This document shows positions 9,746 through 19,913 of a DNA stretch of 64,000 nucleotides, piece by piece. The notes under the pieces are model-generated. The model was not told the origin of the DNA and ran no database searches. It saw only the letters and a list, made by a program, of their open reading frames with translations. How positions within the stretch are numbered: the first letter of the stretch is position 1; the number at the start of each line of letters is the position of its first letter. Source of the stretch: Terracidiphilus sp. (GTDB lineage: Bacteria; Acidobacteriota; Terriglobia; Terriglobales; Acidobacteriaceae). The translations under genes were made by a program, and so were the position numbers. The stretch lies in NCBI GenBank assembly GCA_049520675.1, contig JBEKPO010000002.1:23116-87115 (forward strand), given 5' to 3'.

Positions 9746-9937
9746 GAAAGGTAAACCCCTATCCCGAGACGCTTCTTGACGCAGATCGATGAGGGATTTA
9801 AAGACGAAGCAACATGCCGCAGAGTGTTCCACGGAATTATTCACATCTTGGGCGTGCTTGTTCGTGTTTCGCGTCACAGGTCAGCGTGAGGCGATGGGCG
9901 GCAGGAATGAGGTGCGCACCTGGAACACGTCTCGATT

Positions 9938-10876
9938 TCATGCGCCCCGGCGATACCAATCAACCGTCCGGCGAAGGCCTTCGCGGAAATCGATCTCTGG
10001 TTCGTAGTCGAGCAGCTCACGCGCCAAGGTGATATCAGCCAGAGAATCGCGGATATCTCCGGAACGCGGATCCGCATAAAGCGGCTTGCCGGAATATCCG
10101 GTCAGGTCACAGAGGATTTCAAAAGTCTCATTAAGCGTGATTCTGTGGCCCGTGGCGATGTTGATCATTTGGCCTGAAACTCTGGCCGCAGGCGCAGCCA
10201 CGGCCAGCAGGTTGGCCTTCACCACATTGGCGATAAACGTGAAGTCGCGGCTCTGCTCACCGTCGCCGTAGATGGTCGGTTGCTCGCCGGCCAGCATCTT
10301 GCGGCAGAAGATGGCCAGGACACCAGAATAGTGCGATGTGGGGTCCTGGTAAGGCCCAAAGACATTGAAGTAGCGAAGAGTGACGGTCTCGAGTCCATAG
10401 ACGCGTGCAAACGACCGCATATAGTGCTCGCCCGCGAGCTTGGCAACCGCATAAGGGCTGATGGGGCTGGGAGTCATTGCTTCGTGCTTGGGCAGGGTCG
10501 GAGTGTCGCCGTAGGCGGAGGACGATCCGGCATAGACGACGCGGCGGACCTGGGCGGCGCGAGCGGCTACCAGCAGATTCAGGGTCGCGTCAATGCAATT
10601 GCGGTTTGTGGCCGCGGGATCGGCGACCGAGCGCGGCACCGAGGCCAGAGCCGCTTCGTGAAAAATGATTTCCACTCCGGCGCAGACCTTGGCGCAGACC
10701 TCGGGATCGGCCAGGTCTCCGGTGATGAACTCCATGGCTTCGAGGCCGGCCAGATTTTCGCGCTTGCCGGTAATGAAACTGTCGACGCCGCGAACAGATT
10801 CGCCGCCCTCGAGGAGCGCCGCAGCAATCGAACGGCCTATAAAGCCGGCGGCGCCGGTAACGAGATATTTGGGCAA
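9938..10876 (-). CDS. NAD-dependent epimerase/dehydratase (WbpP/GalE-like SDR)
   Basis: TGAAGFIG, YAVAK, RYFNVFGP, GDGEQSRDF; TTG 10876 with GGAG RBS. Confidence 0.9.
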   Translation of the reverse strand: MPKYLVTGAAGFIGRSIAAALLEGGESVRGVDSFITGKRENLAGLEAMEFITGDLADPEVCAKVCAGVEIIFHEAALASVPRSVADPAATNRNCIDATLNLLVAARAAQVRRVVYAGSSSAYGDTPTLPKHEAMTPSPISPYAVAKLAGEHYMRSFARVYGLETVTLRYFNVFGPYQDPTSHYSGVLAIFCRKMLAGEQPTIYGDGEQSRDFTFIANVVKANLLAVAAPAARVSGQMINIATGHRITLNETFEILCDLTGYSGKPLYADPRSGDIRDSLADITLARELLDYEPEIDFREGLRRTVDWYRRGA

Positions 10877-11034
10877 GCTCAGCTCCGTGCAATGTCGATC
10901 GTGCTGCCTGCAAGATATGCGGCCGCAATCGATAGGATACTCTTCTCCGACACCTGTCTTTAGAATGGACCGGTCGAGCCGCAGTCGATCAAAACGCCTT
11001 GCGGGCGCATCGTGTATTGTTGGTTTGCACAACG

Positions 11035-12954
11035 ATGATTGCATTGCTCCCAACGCTGGCTGAGCCGAAACAGTTCTCGATTGCGGAGAAGCTGCTCTTC
11101 GTAGTGCTAGCGGTGGCTTCCGCCTACGCCTTCTGGCGGCGATTCGGGCCTATCCTCGGCAAAATCCTCCACTCGAAAAAAGACGCGGACTTTCATCTCG
11201 CGCCGGTGGGCAGGCGCGTGTGGGACTTTGTGTGGGAGGTGATGCTGCAGGCCAAGGTCATTCGCGAGCGACCGCTTGCCGGCATCGCGCATGCCTTGGT
11301 TTTCTGGGCGTTCTGCGCCTTCGCGCTGGTCACGCTGAATCATTGCCTTGCGGTCTTCGGGCTGGGGTTTCTCGATCCCACAGGCCGCGTGGGGCGAGTC
11401 TACTTCGATCTCGCGGCGTTGTTCGCGTTGTTGTGCGCGGTCGCAATCGCCGGGCTCTTCGTGCGGCGGTTTGTGGTGCGGCCCAAGTGGCTGGGCGAGC
11501 TCTCGCTAGAGTCGGGATGGATCGCCTTTCTGATCTTTACGCTCATGGCGACGTATCTGGGCGCGTTCTTTGCGACGGGCGAGGCTGCTGTGCGAGGGCT
11601 GTGGTGGGCGCACACGCTCGCGCTGCTCATCTTTCTTCCGCTGATTCCGCACACCAAACATCTGCACCTGCTGCTGAGCCCTGCGACTGTGTTTCTGTCG
11701 CGCGGCGGCTTCGCGCGGATTCCTCCGCTCGCCGATGACGAGGACTTCGGGCTGGTTTCAGGCAAAGATCTGACCCGCCTTGTGAGCCTGCAGGCTTACT
11801 CGTGCGTGGAGTGTGGGCGATGTACCGAACATTGCCCGGCCGCGAATTCCGACAAGCTGCTGAACCCGAAGTCTGTGGTGCTGGGCGTGCGTGCCTACCT
11901 GAATGAGTACAGGCCGGCGAGCGAGGAGCCGCTGCTGGGCAAATTCAACGCGCAGGAGGCTGTGTTCCAGTGCACGACGTGCGGAGCTTGCGAGTTTCAA
12001 TGCCCGGTGGGCATTGAGCATGTCCCGATCATCGTCGGACTGAGGCGCGGCGCGGTGAATACGGGCGCCTGGGACGATGATCACGGGGCAAAGCTTTTCC
12101 TCGCCCTGGAGCGGGGCAGCAACGCCCTTGGCCTGAGCGCGACGGAGCGCGACAAGTTTGTGGAGAAAAATACGCTGCCCATCTTCGACGGAACGCAGGA
12201 GTACTGCCTGTGGCTGGGCTGCATGGGCGGTTACGACCCGCGCGGGCGAGAGATAGTGCTGGCCCTGGTCGAAGTCATGCGGCACCTCGGCGTGAGTTTC
12301 GGGGTTTTGCGCAAGGAGAAATGCACGGGAGATCCGGTGCGGCGGTTGGGCAACGATTTGCTCTTTCAACAATTGGCGGAGGCGAACCTGGCCGCACTCA
12401 GCCAGTCCAAAACCAAGAAAATAATTTCGATTTGTCCGCACTGCGTGCGGACGATTCAGGAAGACTGGAAGGCTTACGGAACGCCGCCCGAGGTGGAGCA
12501 TCACAGCGAGTTTCTGGCGAGGTACGCGGATCGGCTGCATCTCCCCGGTCCCCAAAAGCAAGGGACCAGGGGCACTCACGAAAAAATCGTGTTTCATGAT
12601 CCGTGTTATTTGGGGCGGTACCGAGGCGTGTACGATGAGCCGCGGCAGGTTGCGCGGCTGGCGGGCGAGCTGGTGGAGGCGCCGCGGTCGCGCGAGAGGA
12701 GTTTTTGTTGCGGCGCCGGCGGAGGGTTGGCATTTCTGGGCGAGGAAAAGGGTGAGCGCGTGAGCCAGGTGCGCGCGGCCGAACTATCGGCAACGGGGGC
12801 CAATGTCATTGCCGCAGCCTGCCCCTTCTGCAATACGATGTTTCGGGATGCGCTCGCTTCCCAGGTCTCAGAATCGAGACCTGGGGCACCCGGGCCGGAG
12901 CTGTTGGATATTGCGCAGATTGCCGCGCGAGGATTACGGCAGGGCAGTCGATAA
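11035..12954 (+). CDS. Membrane Fe-S oxidoreductase (FadF/heterodisulfide reductase-like, CCG domains)
   Basis: N-terminal TMs, two CxxCxxCxxxCP motifs, HDPCYLGR, CCGAGGG; next to etfBA. Confidence 0.88.
   Translation: MIALLPTLAEPKQFSIAEKLLFVVLAVASAYAFWRRFGPILGKILHSKKDADFHLAPVGRRVWDFVWEVMLQAKVIRERPLAGIAHALVFWAFCAFALVTLNHCLAVFGLGFLDPTGRVGRVYFDLAALFALLCAVAIAGLFVRRFVVRPKWLGELSLESGWIAFLIFTLMATYLGAFFATGEAAVRGLWWAHTLALLIFLPLIPHTKHLHLLLSPATVFLSRGGFARIPPLADDEDFGLVSGKDLTRLVSLQAYSCVECGRCTEHCPAANSDKLLNPKSVVLGVRAYLNEYRPASEEPLLGKFNAQEAVFQCTTCGACEFQCPVGIEHVPIIVGLRRGAVNTGAWDDDHGAKLFLALERGSNALGLSATERDKFVEKNTLPIFDGTQEYCLWLGCMGGYDPRGREIVLALVEVMRHLGVSFGVLRKEKCTGDPVRRLGNDLLFQQLAEANLAALSQSKTKKIISICPHCVRTIQEDWKAYGTPPEVEHHSEFLARYADRLHLPGPQKQGTRGTHEKIVFHDPCYLGRYRGVYDEPRQVARLAGELVEAPRSRERSFCCGAGGGLAFLGEEKGERVSQVRAAELSATGANVIAAACPFCNTMFRDALASQVSESRPGAPGPELLDIAQIAARGLRQGSR
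12543..12577. repeat. REP-like palindromic element inserted in frame in the Fe-S gene
   Basis: CCCCGGTCCC-N9-GGGACCAGGGG followed by a CACTC tail. Confidence 0.6.
12860..12892. repeat. REP-like palindromic element inserted in frame in the Fe-S gene
   Basis: Perfect 10-bp stem CCCAGGTCTC-AGAATC-GAGACCTGGG followed by GCACCCG. Confidence 0.7.
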
Positions 12955-12969
12955 AAGGACGGCATAAAT

Positions 12970-13740
12970 ATGAAGATCGTCGTTGCCATCAAGCAAGTCC
13001 CTGATCGCGATGCGTCGGTTCGTATCGCGCCGAACGCAAAATGGATCGAAGAGCGTGAGCTTCAGTGGGCGATGAATGAGCCGGATGCCTACGCTCTCGA
13101 AGAGGCACTTCAACTCAAAGAAAAGTACGGCGGCGAAGTTGTTGTGCTGAGCGCGGGGCCTGAGCGCGTGGGCTCGACGATTCGCGAGGCCCTGGCCAAG
13201 GGCGCGGACCGGGCAATTCATGTCGTCTGCGACGACCTGAACGCGCGTGACGCGCTGGGTGTGGCAAAGTTGTTGGCCGCGGCAATCAAGCCGGAAAGTC
13301 CTGATCTCGTGCTGACGGGATTGCAGTCCGAAGACCTTGGCCTGGGGCAGACCGGCGTGATTCTGGCTGAGCTGCTCGCGCTGCCGCACGCGACCCTGAT
13401 CCTGCATGTAGAGAAGACCGACGCAGGGCTCAAGGTCAAGCGCGAGCTCGAAGAGGGATGGTTCCAGGAGATCGAGCTGCCCCTGCCGGCCGTATTGACC
13501 ATGCAGTCGGGCGGGAACAAGCTGCGCTACGCGACGCTCATGGGGATCAAGAAAGCGAAGACGAAGGAGTTGCGGGCAGTGAACGCGGCGGATCTGGGCG
13601 CGGAGAACGCACCGGTTGTGGTGCTCGAACAGATTGCCGCGCCGAAAAAGCAGAAGACGACGCAGATTCTTTCCGGATCGGCGAAAGAGGCTGCGGCAGC
13701 GCTGGTAGAGAAGCTGAAGACGGAGGCCCGTGTCCTATGA
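12970..13740 (+). CDS. etfB: Electron transfer flavoprotein beta subunit
   Basis: MKIVVAIKQVPD, DAYALEEAL, KGADRA, LPLPAVL, RYATL. Confidence 0.95.
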   Translation: MKIVVAIKQVPDRDASVRIAPNAKWIEERELQWAMNEPDAYALEEALQLKEKYGGEVVVLSAGPERVGSTIREALAKGADRAIHVVCDDLNARDALGVAKLLAAAIKPESPDLVLTGLQSEDLGLGQTGVILAELLALPHATLILHVEKTDAGLKVKRELEEGWFQEIELPLPAVLTMQSGGNKLRYATLMGIKKAKTKELRAVNAADLGAENAPVVVLEQIAAPKKQKTTQILSGSAKEAAAALVEKLKTEARVL

Positions 13741-14708
13741 GTGTTTTGCTAGTTTTGGAAGAGAGCGGTGGGAAGATCAAGCGGGCCAGCTGGGAGGCGC
13801 TCGCAGCCGCATTAAAGCTGGGTCCGGCGCAGGATGTAACCGCAGTTGTCATCGGCGCGCAAACTGAGGCGTTGGCTGCGGAGGCCGCAACCAGGAACAT
13901 AGGCAAAGTGGCGCGCGTCGAGCATCCGTTGCTGGCGCAATACACGGCGGATGGGTTTTGTCTCGCCCTGCAGCAACTCATCCAAAACCAGAACGGCACG
14001 AAGTGCGTGGTGTTTCCGCATACGTACCAGGTGCGCGACTACGCGCCGGCGCTGGCATGCCGGATGGGACAGGTTCTCATCAGCGACGTAATCGCCGTCG
14101 ACGATGGCCCCATCTTCACCCGGCAACTTCTGCAAGGCCGGCTCACCGGAACTTACCGGCATAGCGGCAACGGACCATGCTTTGTGTCGGTGCAGGCAGG
14201 CGCGTTTCGCGCGGACACTGTACAGGCGCCGCAACAAACGCCCGCGCCGATTGAAACCTTCACTCCGACCATCGACCCCGCGCAGATTCGCACCAAGCCC
14301 GGCGAGCCATTCCGCGGCGAGGCACAGACGGTGGACCTGGGTTCGGCGCAGCGCATCGTGGGCGTGGGGCGCGGCATCAAGGAGGTGGACAATCTCAAGC
14401 TGGTGCAGGCGCTCGCCGAGGCGCTGGGTGCGGAACTGGCGGCTTCGCGGCCCATCTGCGACAACGGATGGCTGCCCATGGAGCGCCAGGTAGGCAGCTC
14501 CGGGCAAACGGTCGCACCAAAGCTCTATCTCGCCGTCGGCATCTCGGGCGCCATTCAACACCTGGTGGGGATGAAAGGCTCGCAGTGCATTGTGGCCATC
14601 AACAAGGATTCTGACGCGCCCATCTTTGAGGTTGCAGACTACGGGATTGTCGGCGATTTGTTCGAGGTGGTTCCGGCGCTGACGGAGGCGCTGAAGGCGG
14701 GGAAGTAA
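13737..14708 (+). CDS. etfA: Electron transfer flavoprotein alpha subunit
   Basis: RQVGSSG, LYLAVGISGAIQH, INKD, APIF; ATGA overlap with etfB. Confidence 0.95.
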   Translation: MSVLLVLEESGGKIKRASWEALAAALKLGPAQDVTAVVIGAQTEALAAEAATRNIGKVARVEHPLLAQYTADGFCLALQQLIQNQNGTKCVVFPHTYQVRDYAPALACRMGQVLISDVIAVDDGPIFTRQLLQGRLTGTYRHSGNGPCFVSVQAGAFRADTVQAPQQTPAPIETFTPTIDPAQIRTKPGEPFRGEAQTVDLGSAQRIVGVGRGIKEVDNLKLVQALAEALGAELAASRPICDNGWLPMERQVGSSGQTVAPKLYLAVGISGAIQHLVGMKGSQCIVAINKDSDAPIFEVADYGIVGDLFEVVPALTEALKAGK

Positions 14709-14846
14709 TCGGCGACCGAACGAAGTTGGCACGCGAGTACTCGCCAAACAAGGTGCAGTGCGCTTCCCGCGCTATACAGCGCAGCGTGGAATGCGTTATG
14801 GTTCCCTCTTTGCCGCAACTTGGCGTACGAACGGACGGAATTCGCG

Positions 14847-15845
14847 ATGCTTGTTCCTGAAACTTATCTTGCCGCATTGAGCCTGACGATTCTGACCATG
14901 CTGTGCTGGGGATCGTGGGCGAACACACTGAAGCTTTGCCCCAAGTATCGCTTTCAGCTTTTCTACTGGGACTATGTCATAGGCATGGTGCTCGGCGCAG
15001 TGTTCTGGGGATTCACTGCGGGAAGCAGGGGCCACGAGGGACTTCCCTTCCTGACTGACCTGAAGCAGACCGCGACCGGACCGATGTTCAATGCGATCGT
15101 CGGCGGCGCGATCTTCAGCGTCGCCAACCTTCTGCTGGTGGCTGCGATCGATGTAGCCGGGCTGGCGGTGGCCTTTCCCGTCGGCATCGGATTAGCGCTG
15201 GTGATTGGCGCAGTGTCGAATTATGTCATCAAGCCAGTGGGCAATCCACTGCTGTTGTTTGGCGGAGTGGCATTGGTGGTGGTGGCCATCGTGCTCGACG
15301 CGGCAGCCTTTCGCGCGCGAGAGAGAACGGCAAAAGCGACAACGGTACGAGGGATTGTGATCAGCCTGGCTGCGGGCGTTCTGATGGGATGTTTCTATCC
15401 CTTTGTGGCCCGGGCGTTAAATGGAGATGCGCAGGGTCACGCTCCCGGCCCTTATGCCGTGACGTTATTTTTTATGGTCGGAGTGATGATCTCGACCATA
15501 CCGGCGAACTTATTGCTGATGAAGAGGCCGCTCGATGGATCGCCGCCGGTGGACGGGGCCGACTATCGACGGGCGCCGATGGGGTGGCATCTGGCGGGAA
15601 TCCTCGGCGGAGCGATTTGGGCTACCGGCGGCGTCGCGAATTTTCTGGCCTCGGCCGCCCACCTGGTAGGGCCGGCGGTCTCGTATAGCATTGGTCAGGG
15701 CGCGACCATGGTGTCGGCGTGCTGGGGCGTTTTTGTCTGGCATGAGTTCGCAGGCGCTCAGCGTGCGGCCAGGGTGCTTCTGACTTGGATGTTTCTATGC
15801 TTCCTGGTGGGACTGGGACTGGTGGCGATTGCGCCATTGCATTGA
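14847..15845 (+). CDS. GRP sugar transporter / ureide-permease-like DMT protein (probable ribose uptake)
   Basis: About 10 TMs; CWGSWANT, RFQLFYWDY, GQGATMV, WGVFVWHEF; upstream of rbsK. Confidence 0.75.
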   Translation: MLVPETYLAALSLTILTMLCWGSWANTLKLCPKYRFQLFYWDYVIGMVLGAVFWGFTAGSRGHEGLPFLTDLKQTATGPMFNAIVGGAIFSVANLLLVAAIDVAGLAVAFPVGIGLALVIGAVSNYVIKPVGNPLLLFGGVALVVVAIVLDAAAFRARERTAKATTVRGIVISLAAGVLMGCFYPFVARALNGDAQGHAPGPYAVTLFFMVGVMISTIPANLLLMKRPLDGSPPVDGADYRRAPMGWHLAGILGGAIWATGGVANFLASAAHLVGPAVSYSIGQGATMVSACWGVFVWHEFAGAQRAARVLLTWMFLCFLVGLGLVAIAPLH

Positions 15846-15934
15846 AACGACGGCAATTTCGTGAACGGCATGGCCTCCCACCAATTCGTGGTTACCAATT
15901 GATTTAGAAAAAGGCAATCACTTATAGGATCGAC

Positions 15935-16855
15935 ATGACTGACGCTCGCAAGCCGATTGTGGTGGTTGGCAGCGTCACCATGGATCTGGTTACGCGCACA
16001 CCGCGGATTCCCGCGATCGGGCAAACGTTGATCGGCACCGGATTTGACACCACTCCCGGGGGCAAGGGAGCGAATCAGGCGGTGGCCGCCGGACGGCTGG
16101 GCTATCGCGTGGCCATGGTCGCGAAAGTGGGTGATGACGCATACGGACCCGCGCTGATCGAAAACCTCAAGGGCGCCAGCGTAGAAACGGCGGCAGTGGA
16201 GCAGACGGGAGGCTCGTCGGGTCTGGCGCCGATTTATGTTGCCGAAGGCGGGCAGAACCTGATCGTGGTCGTTCCCGGCGCAAACGGCAAGCTGGATCGC
16301 GCGGCGGTCGATCGCCATGCGGATCTCCTTCGATCGGCCGGCTTGGTGCTATGTCAGCTCGAGATTCCCATCGACACAGTCGGCTACACGCTGGAATTCT
16401 GCGCGAAAGCCAGCGTCCCGGTCATGCTCGATCCCGCGCCGGCGGCGGCCCTCCCTGAGGTTGCGTTCGGGCAGGTGTCGTGGTTCACCCCCAACGAGAC
16501 CGAAGCGGTGTTTTACGTGGGCGACGGAATCGGCGTGGAGGACACCGCGAAGCGATTACTGGCGAAAGGGCTGGGCAACGTGGTCTTGAAACGCGGCGAA
16601 AACGGAGCGTACGTGGCCGCGGCCGGCGGCAGGGCGGCGTGGGTCGAACCGTTCAAGGTCGAAGCCATCGATACGGTAGCCGCGGGCGATTGCTTCAATG
16701 GAGCCTTTGCCGTGGCTCTGCTGGAAGGCAAAGACCCGTGGGCAGCAGCACGATTTGCCAATGCAGCAGCGGCCGTTTGCGTCACGCGCAGAGGCGCGCA
16801 AGCCTCTATGCCATCGCGCGACGAGGTGGACGCGTTTCTAGCGAAGCACAGTTAG
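15935..16855 (+). CDS. rbsK: Ribokinase
   Basis: GGKGANQAVA, QLEIP, PNETE, DTVAAGD. Confidence 0.93.
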   Translation: MTDARKPIVVVGSVTMDLVTRTPRIPAIGQTLIGTGFDTTPGGKGANQAVAAGRLGYRVAMVAKVGDDAYGPALIENLKGASVETAAVEQTGGSSGLAPIYVAEGGQNLIVVVPGANGKLDRAAVDRHADLLRSAGLVLCQLEIPIDTVGYTLEFCAKASVPVMLDPAPAAALPEVAFGQVSWFTPNETEAVFYVGDGIGVEDTAKRLLAKGLGNVVLKRGENGAYVAAAGGRAAWVEPFKVEAIDTVAAGDCFNGAFAVALLEGKDPWAAARFANAAAAVCVTRRGAQASMPSRDEVDAFLAKHS

Positions 16856-16907
16856 AACTGGTCAATGCGCTGTGAGAAGTGTGACTCCAGCGATCAATCG
16901 ACTTAAG

Positions 16908-18032
16908 CTAGGCCACCAGCGCCAGAGCGCGAATCGTCTCCTTGCGCACGGTAAGCCGGTCAATCAGATCGGTTCGCACTTCGTAGCCGCGGCCAGGCGA
17001 ATCGGGAATCACAATCTCGCCCTTTGCCGTGACCTCGATCTCAGGCTCGACGATGTCTTCAGCCCAATAACGCGCCGACGCGGAAACATCTCCTGGCAGC
17101 GTAAAGCCTTCGAGAGTGGAGAGCGCGATATTGTGCGCTCGGCCGACGCCGGCCTCGAGCATGCCGCCGCACCAGACGGGAATGCCGCGCTCAAGGGCCG
17201 CATTGTGTACCGCAATGGCTTCGGAGAATCCGCCGACGCGGCCCAATTTGATGTTGATGATCTTGCACGACTCCATTTCGATGGCGGCGAGAGCGTCGCG
17301 ACGGTTGCGGATGGATTCGTCGAGGCAGATGGGAGTTTGCAGACGCTTTTGCAAAACGGAATGGAAGTAAAAGTCGTCGTGCCAGAGCGGCTGCTCGATC
17401 ATGAGCAGGTCAAAAGCGTCGAATGAAACCAAGTGGTCTTCGTCGCGGAACCGGTAAGCGGAATTGGCATCGCAACTGAGCATGATGGCAGGCCAGCGAC
17501 TGCGGACTTGCTCGAAAACCTCAGTATCCCAGCCCGGCTTGCACTTGAGCTTGATCCGCTGATAGCCGCACTCTAACTCGTCTTCAACGATTTCCAGCAG
17601 CTTTGCGATCGACGGCTGGATGCCGAGGGAAACGCCGCAAGAAATAGCGTCGCGGACGCCGCCGATGAGGTGCGAGAGAGGAATGCCTTCGCGCTGCGCT
17701 TCAAGATCCCAGATGGCGTTTTCCAGAGCAGCTTTGGCCATCGGATTGCCGCGGACAGCGTGAAAGATGCGCGGACACTCGCCGCCATGCTCGGGAGATT
17801 CCTTGGCCAGCATCGGACCCAGTTCGTTGATCATCACCTGCCAGGCAGTATCAGTCGATTCCCCGGAGAAGTAGGGATGTTCCCCGGCAGTGCACTCGCC
17901 CCACCCCGTCAACCCCTCCGATTGAACTTCGACGAGCAGGATTCTGCGATTGCGAGTGACGCCGAAGCTGGTTTCAAACGGCCGCACAATGGGCATGTGC
18001 AGCTCACGCAGATTGATTGCGTCAATTCTCAT
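16908..18032 (-). CDS. menC: o-succinylbenzoate synthase / N-succinylamino acid racemase (enolase superfamily)
   Basis: PFETSFG, RIKLK, DAN, IEQP, CLDES, WCGGMLE, GDVSAS. Confidence 0.85.
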   Translation of the reverse strand: MRIDAINLRELHMPIVRPFETSFGVTRNRRILLVEVQSEGLTGWGECTAGEHPYFSGESTDTAWQVMINELGPMLAKESPEHGGECPRIFHAVRGNPMAKAALENAIWDLEAQREGIPLSHLIGGVRDAISCGVSLGIQPSIAKLLEIVEDELECGYQRIKLKCKPGWDTEVFEQVRSRWPAIMLSCDANSAYRFRDEDHLVSFDAFDLLMIEQPLWHDDFYFHSVLQKRLQTPICLDESIRNRRDALAAIEMESCKIINIKLGRVGGFSEAIAVHNAALERGIPVWCGGMLEAGVGRAHNIALSTLEGFTLPGDVSASARYWAEDIVEPEIEVTAKGEIVIPDSPGRGYEVRTDLIDRLTVRKETIRALALVA

Positions 18033-18063
18033 AATTCCTCGTCATTCAAAGTTATTGGATGCT

Positions 18064-18846
18064 TTAGCGAGACAACCAACTCAGTTCAAAGATTCCATTT
18101 CCTTCTGAATCGCGGGAAAAGCCAAGGACAGCCAAACCCTGGGAAAATGCCTTTAAGAACTGCTGTCGAATCTGCAATTGAACGGCGAGGGCCCGTTCGC
18201 GGGTTGCTTCATCGGCCTTCCAGATGTCGATGGACACTGGGACCATTATACGTTCCTGGATTTCATGTTCATCGGGAAGCAGCTGAGCACAGATTCCCTC
18301 AACGCGCGGAGAATCGAGCTTCCAAACCGCCAACAGTCGATCGGTTGGAAGCCCGCCCTGCAATCGAGATGAGGATACACCATAGAAATCCACACGATAC
18401 TCACAAGAAATCGCGCCCAGTCTGTGGATATTGAGGAAGGCATTCTTGATTTCCAGCGGATCGAAGGTCCATTCCATGTGGCGGATGCCGCGTGACAGCG
18501 CTTCATGCCTCTGTTCCCATTTGAGTTGCGCGCCAATCCCGCGATTGCGATGGGATTCGCGCACGGCCAGCATGTGGGAGTGCAGGTAAGGAAAAGGATG
18601 GCCTTCGATGGTTTTCACGCCGGGCAAAGACATGGCGAACCCGACCAGGCAATGCGCCGCCTTCGCTCCTAGTTCGCTCGAATTCTCGGAGTCAAAGGCG
18701 CCGATGACCTGTCCGCCGATCTTCTGTGCCAGCAGAAAGGTCTTGCGAGGAATCACATCGGTTTCGTCGTAGCCCCACGTTGCAATCTGAAGCTGTACGC
18801 AGGCCTCAAGCTCATCCAAACCCTGGCAGGCGCGGATCTCGATCAT
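18064..18846 (-). CDS. GNAT family acyltransferase (NSAR-associated type)
   Basis: LHSHMLAV, RNRGIG, WTFDPL, NAFLN, PTDRL; ATGA overlap with mazG. Confidence 0.85.
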   Translation of the reverse strand: MIEIRACQGLDELEACVQLQIATWGYDETDVIPRKTFLLAQKIGGQVIGAFDSENSSELGAKAAHCLVGFAMSLPGVKTIEGHPFPYLHSHMLAVRESHRNRGIGAQLKWEQRHEALSRGIRHMEWTFDPLEIKNAFLNIHRLGAISCEYRVDFYGVSSSRLQGGLPTDRLLAVWKLDSPRVEGICAQLLPDEHEIQERIMVPVSIDIWKADEATRERALAVQLQIRQQFLKAFSQGLAVLGFSRDSEGNGIFELSWLSR

Positions 18847-19823
18847 GGCTGCGCCTTTCGGGCTGATGCATCTTTGCCGCGAGGTGTGGATTCCTCCTCC
18901 GCCGCCAATTTTCGCTTGACCTCTGCCCAAAGGCCTTCCAGTTCCGCCGGCGAGAGATCTTCGAGCGGCCGCGGTGCGGCGAGCTCCATTTCATGGAAGC
19001 GGCGGCGAAACCGCAAATTGCATTTCCGCAAAGCCATCTCGGCATCGACACCCAGGTGGCGGCCGAGATGTACGACAGTGAAAAGCAGGTCGCCCAGTTC
19101 GGCTTCGATAGCCGGATGGCGTGCCGGATCGCCGGAGGACGCTTCAGCCTCGAGCTCGGCGGTTTCTTCTTCCAGCTTAGGAAGAAGATCGCGCCAATTG
19201 GGCCAGTCGAAGCCGACTTTTTGAGCCTTCGCGCCAAGCTTGGCAGCCTCGGCGAGAGCCGGCATCGCGCGCAGAACAGAGTCGAGTCGCGAGGGCTTTT
19301 CGCTTGCTTCGCCCGGTAAGGGCGTTTCCGCGCAGCCATTTTGCTTTTCCGCTGCTTTGATCTCCTCCCAGTTGCGGAGGACGGCCGCCGAAGAGCTGCC
19401 GACAGCGGCGTCCACTTCGGCGCGATTGCCCGCCGCGCGCGCAGCTTCATCGCCGAACACGTGCGGGTGGCGCCGCACCAACTTGCGATTCAAGTGGTCG
19501 AGAACGTCGGCGATTGTGAAGCGCCCTTCGTTGGCCGCCATTTCTGAATAAAACAGCACCTGCAGCAACAGGTCGCCCAACTCTTCGGCCAAATGAGCGT
19601 AATCGCGGCGCTCGATGGCATCGAAGACCTCATAGGCCTCTTCGAGCGTGTACTTGCGAATCGAATCGAACGACTGCTCGCGGTCCCAGGGGCAGCCGCC
19701 GGGAGCCCGCAGGCGAGCCATGATGGCGACCGACTGCTCAAATAATTCTGCAGCGCGCGCCGGATCGGTGAGCTTTCCGGGCACGGGGTCGTGCGCACCG
19801 GAGTCCGTTTTGGGAAGATCCAT
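18843..19823 (-). CDS. mazG: Nucleoside triphosphate pyrophosphohydrolase MazG
   Basis: GCPWDREQ, EEAYE, EELGDLL, RRHPHVF, GFDW. Confidence 0.95.
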   Translation of the reverse strand: MDLPKTDSGAHDPVPGKLTDPARAAELFEQSVAIMARLRAPGGCPWDREQSFDSIRKYTLEEAYEVFDAIERRDYAHLAEELGDLLLQVLFYSEMAANEGRFTIADVLDHLNRKLVRRHPHVFGDEAARAAGNRAEVDAAVGSSSAAVLRNWEEIKAAEKQNGCAETPLPGEASEKPSRLDSVLRAMPALAEAAKLGAKAQKVGFDWPNWRDLLPKLEEETAELEAEASSGDPARHPAIEAELGDLLFTVVHLGRHLGVDAEMALRKCNLRFRRRFHEMELAAPRPLEDLSPAELEGLWAEVKRKLAAEEESTPRGKDASARKAQP

Positions 19824-19913
19824 CGACCCTTAGTTTACCGTGCGGTCAGTACCGGTTGTTCGGGTCGCGAATCGGACGTGGACCGGATATCAAAAGGGTA
19901 TACTCACTCTGCG

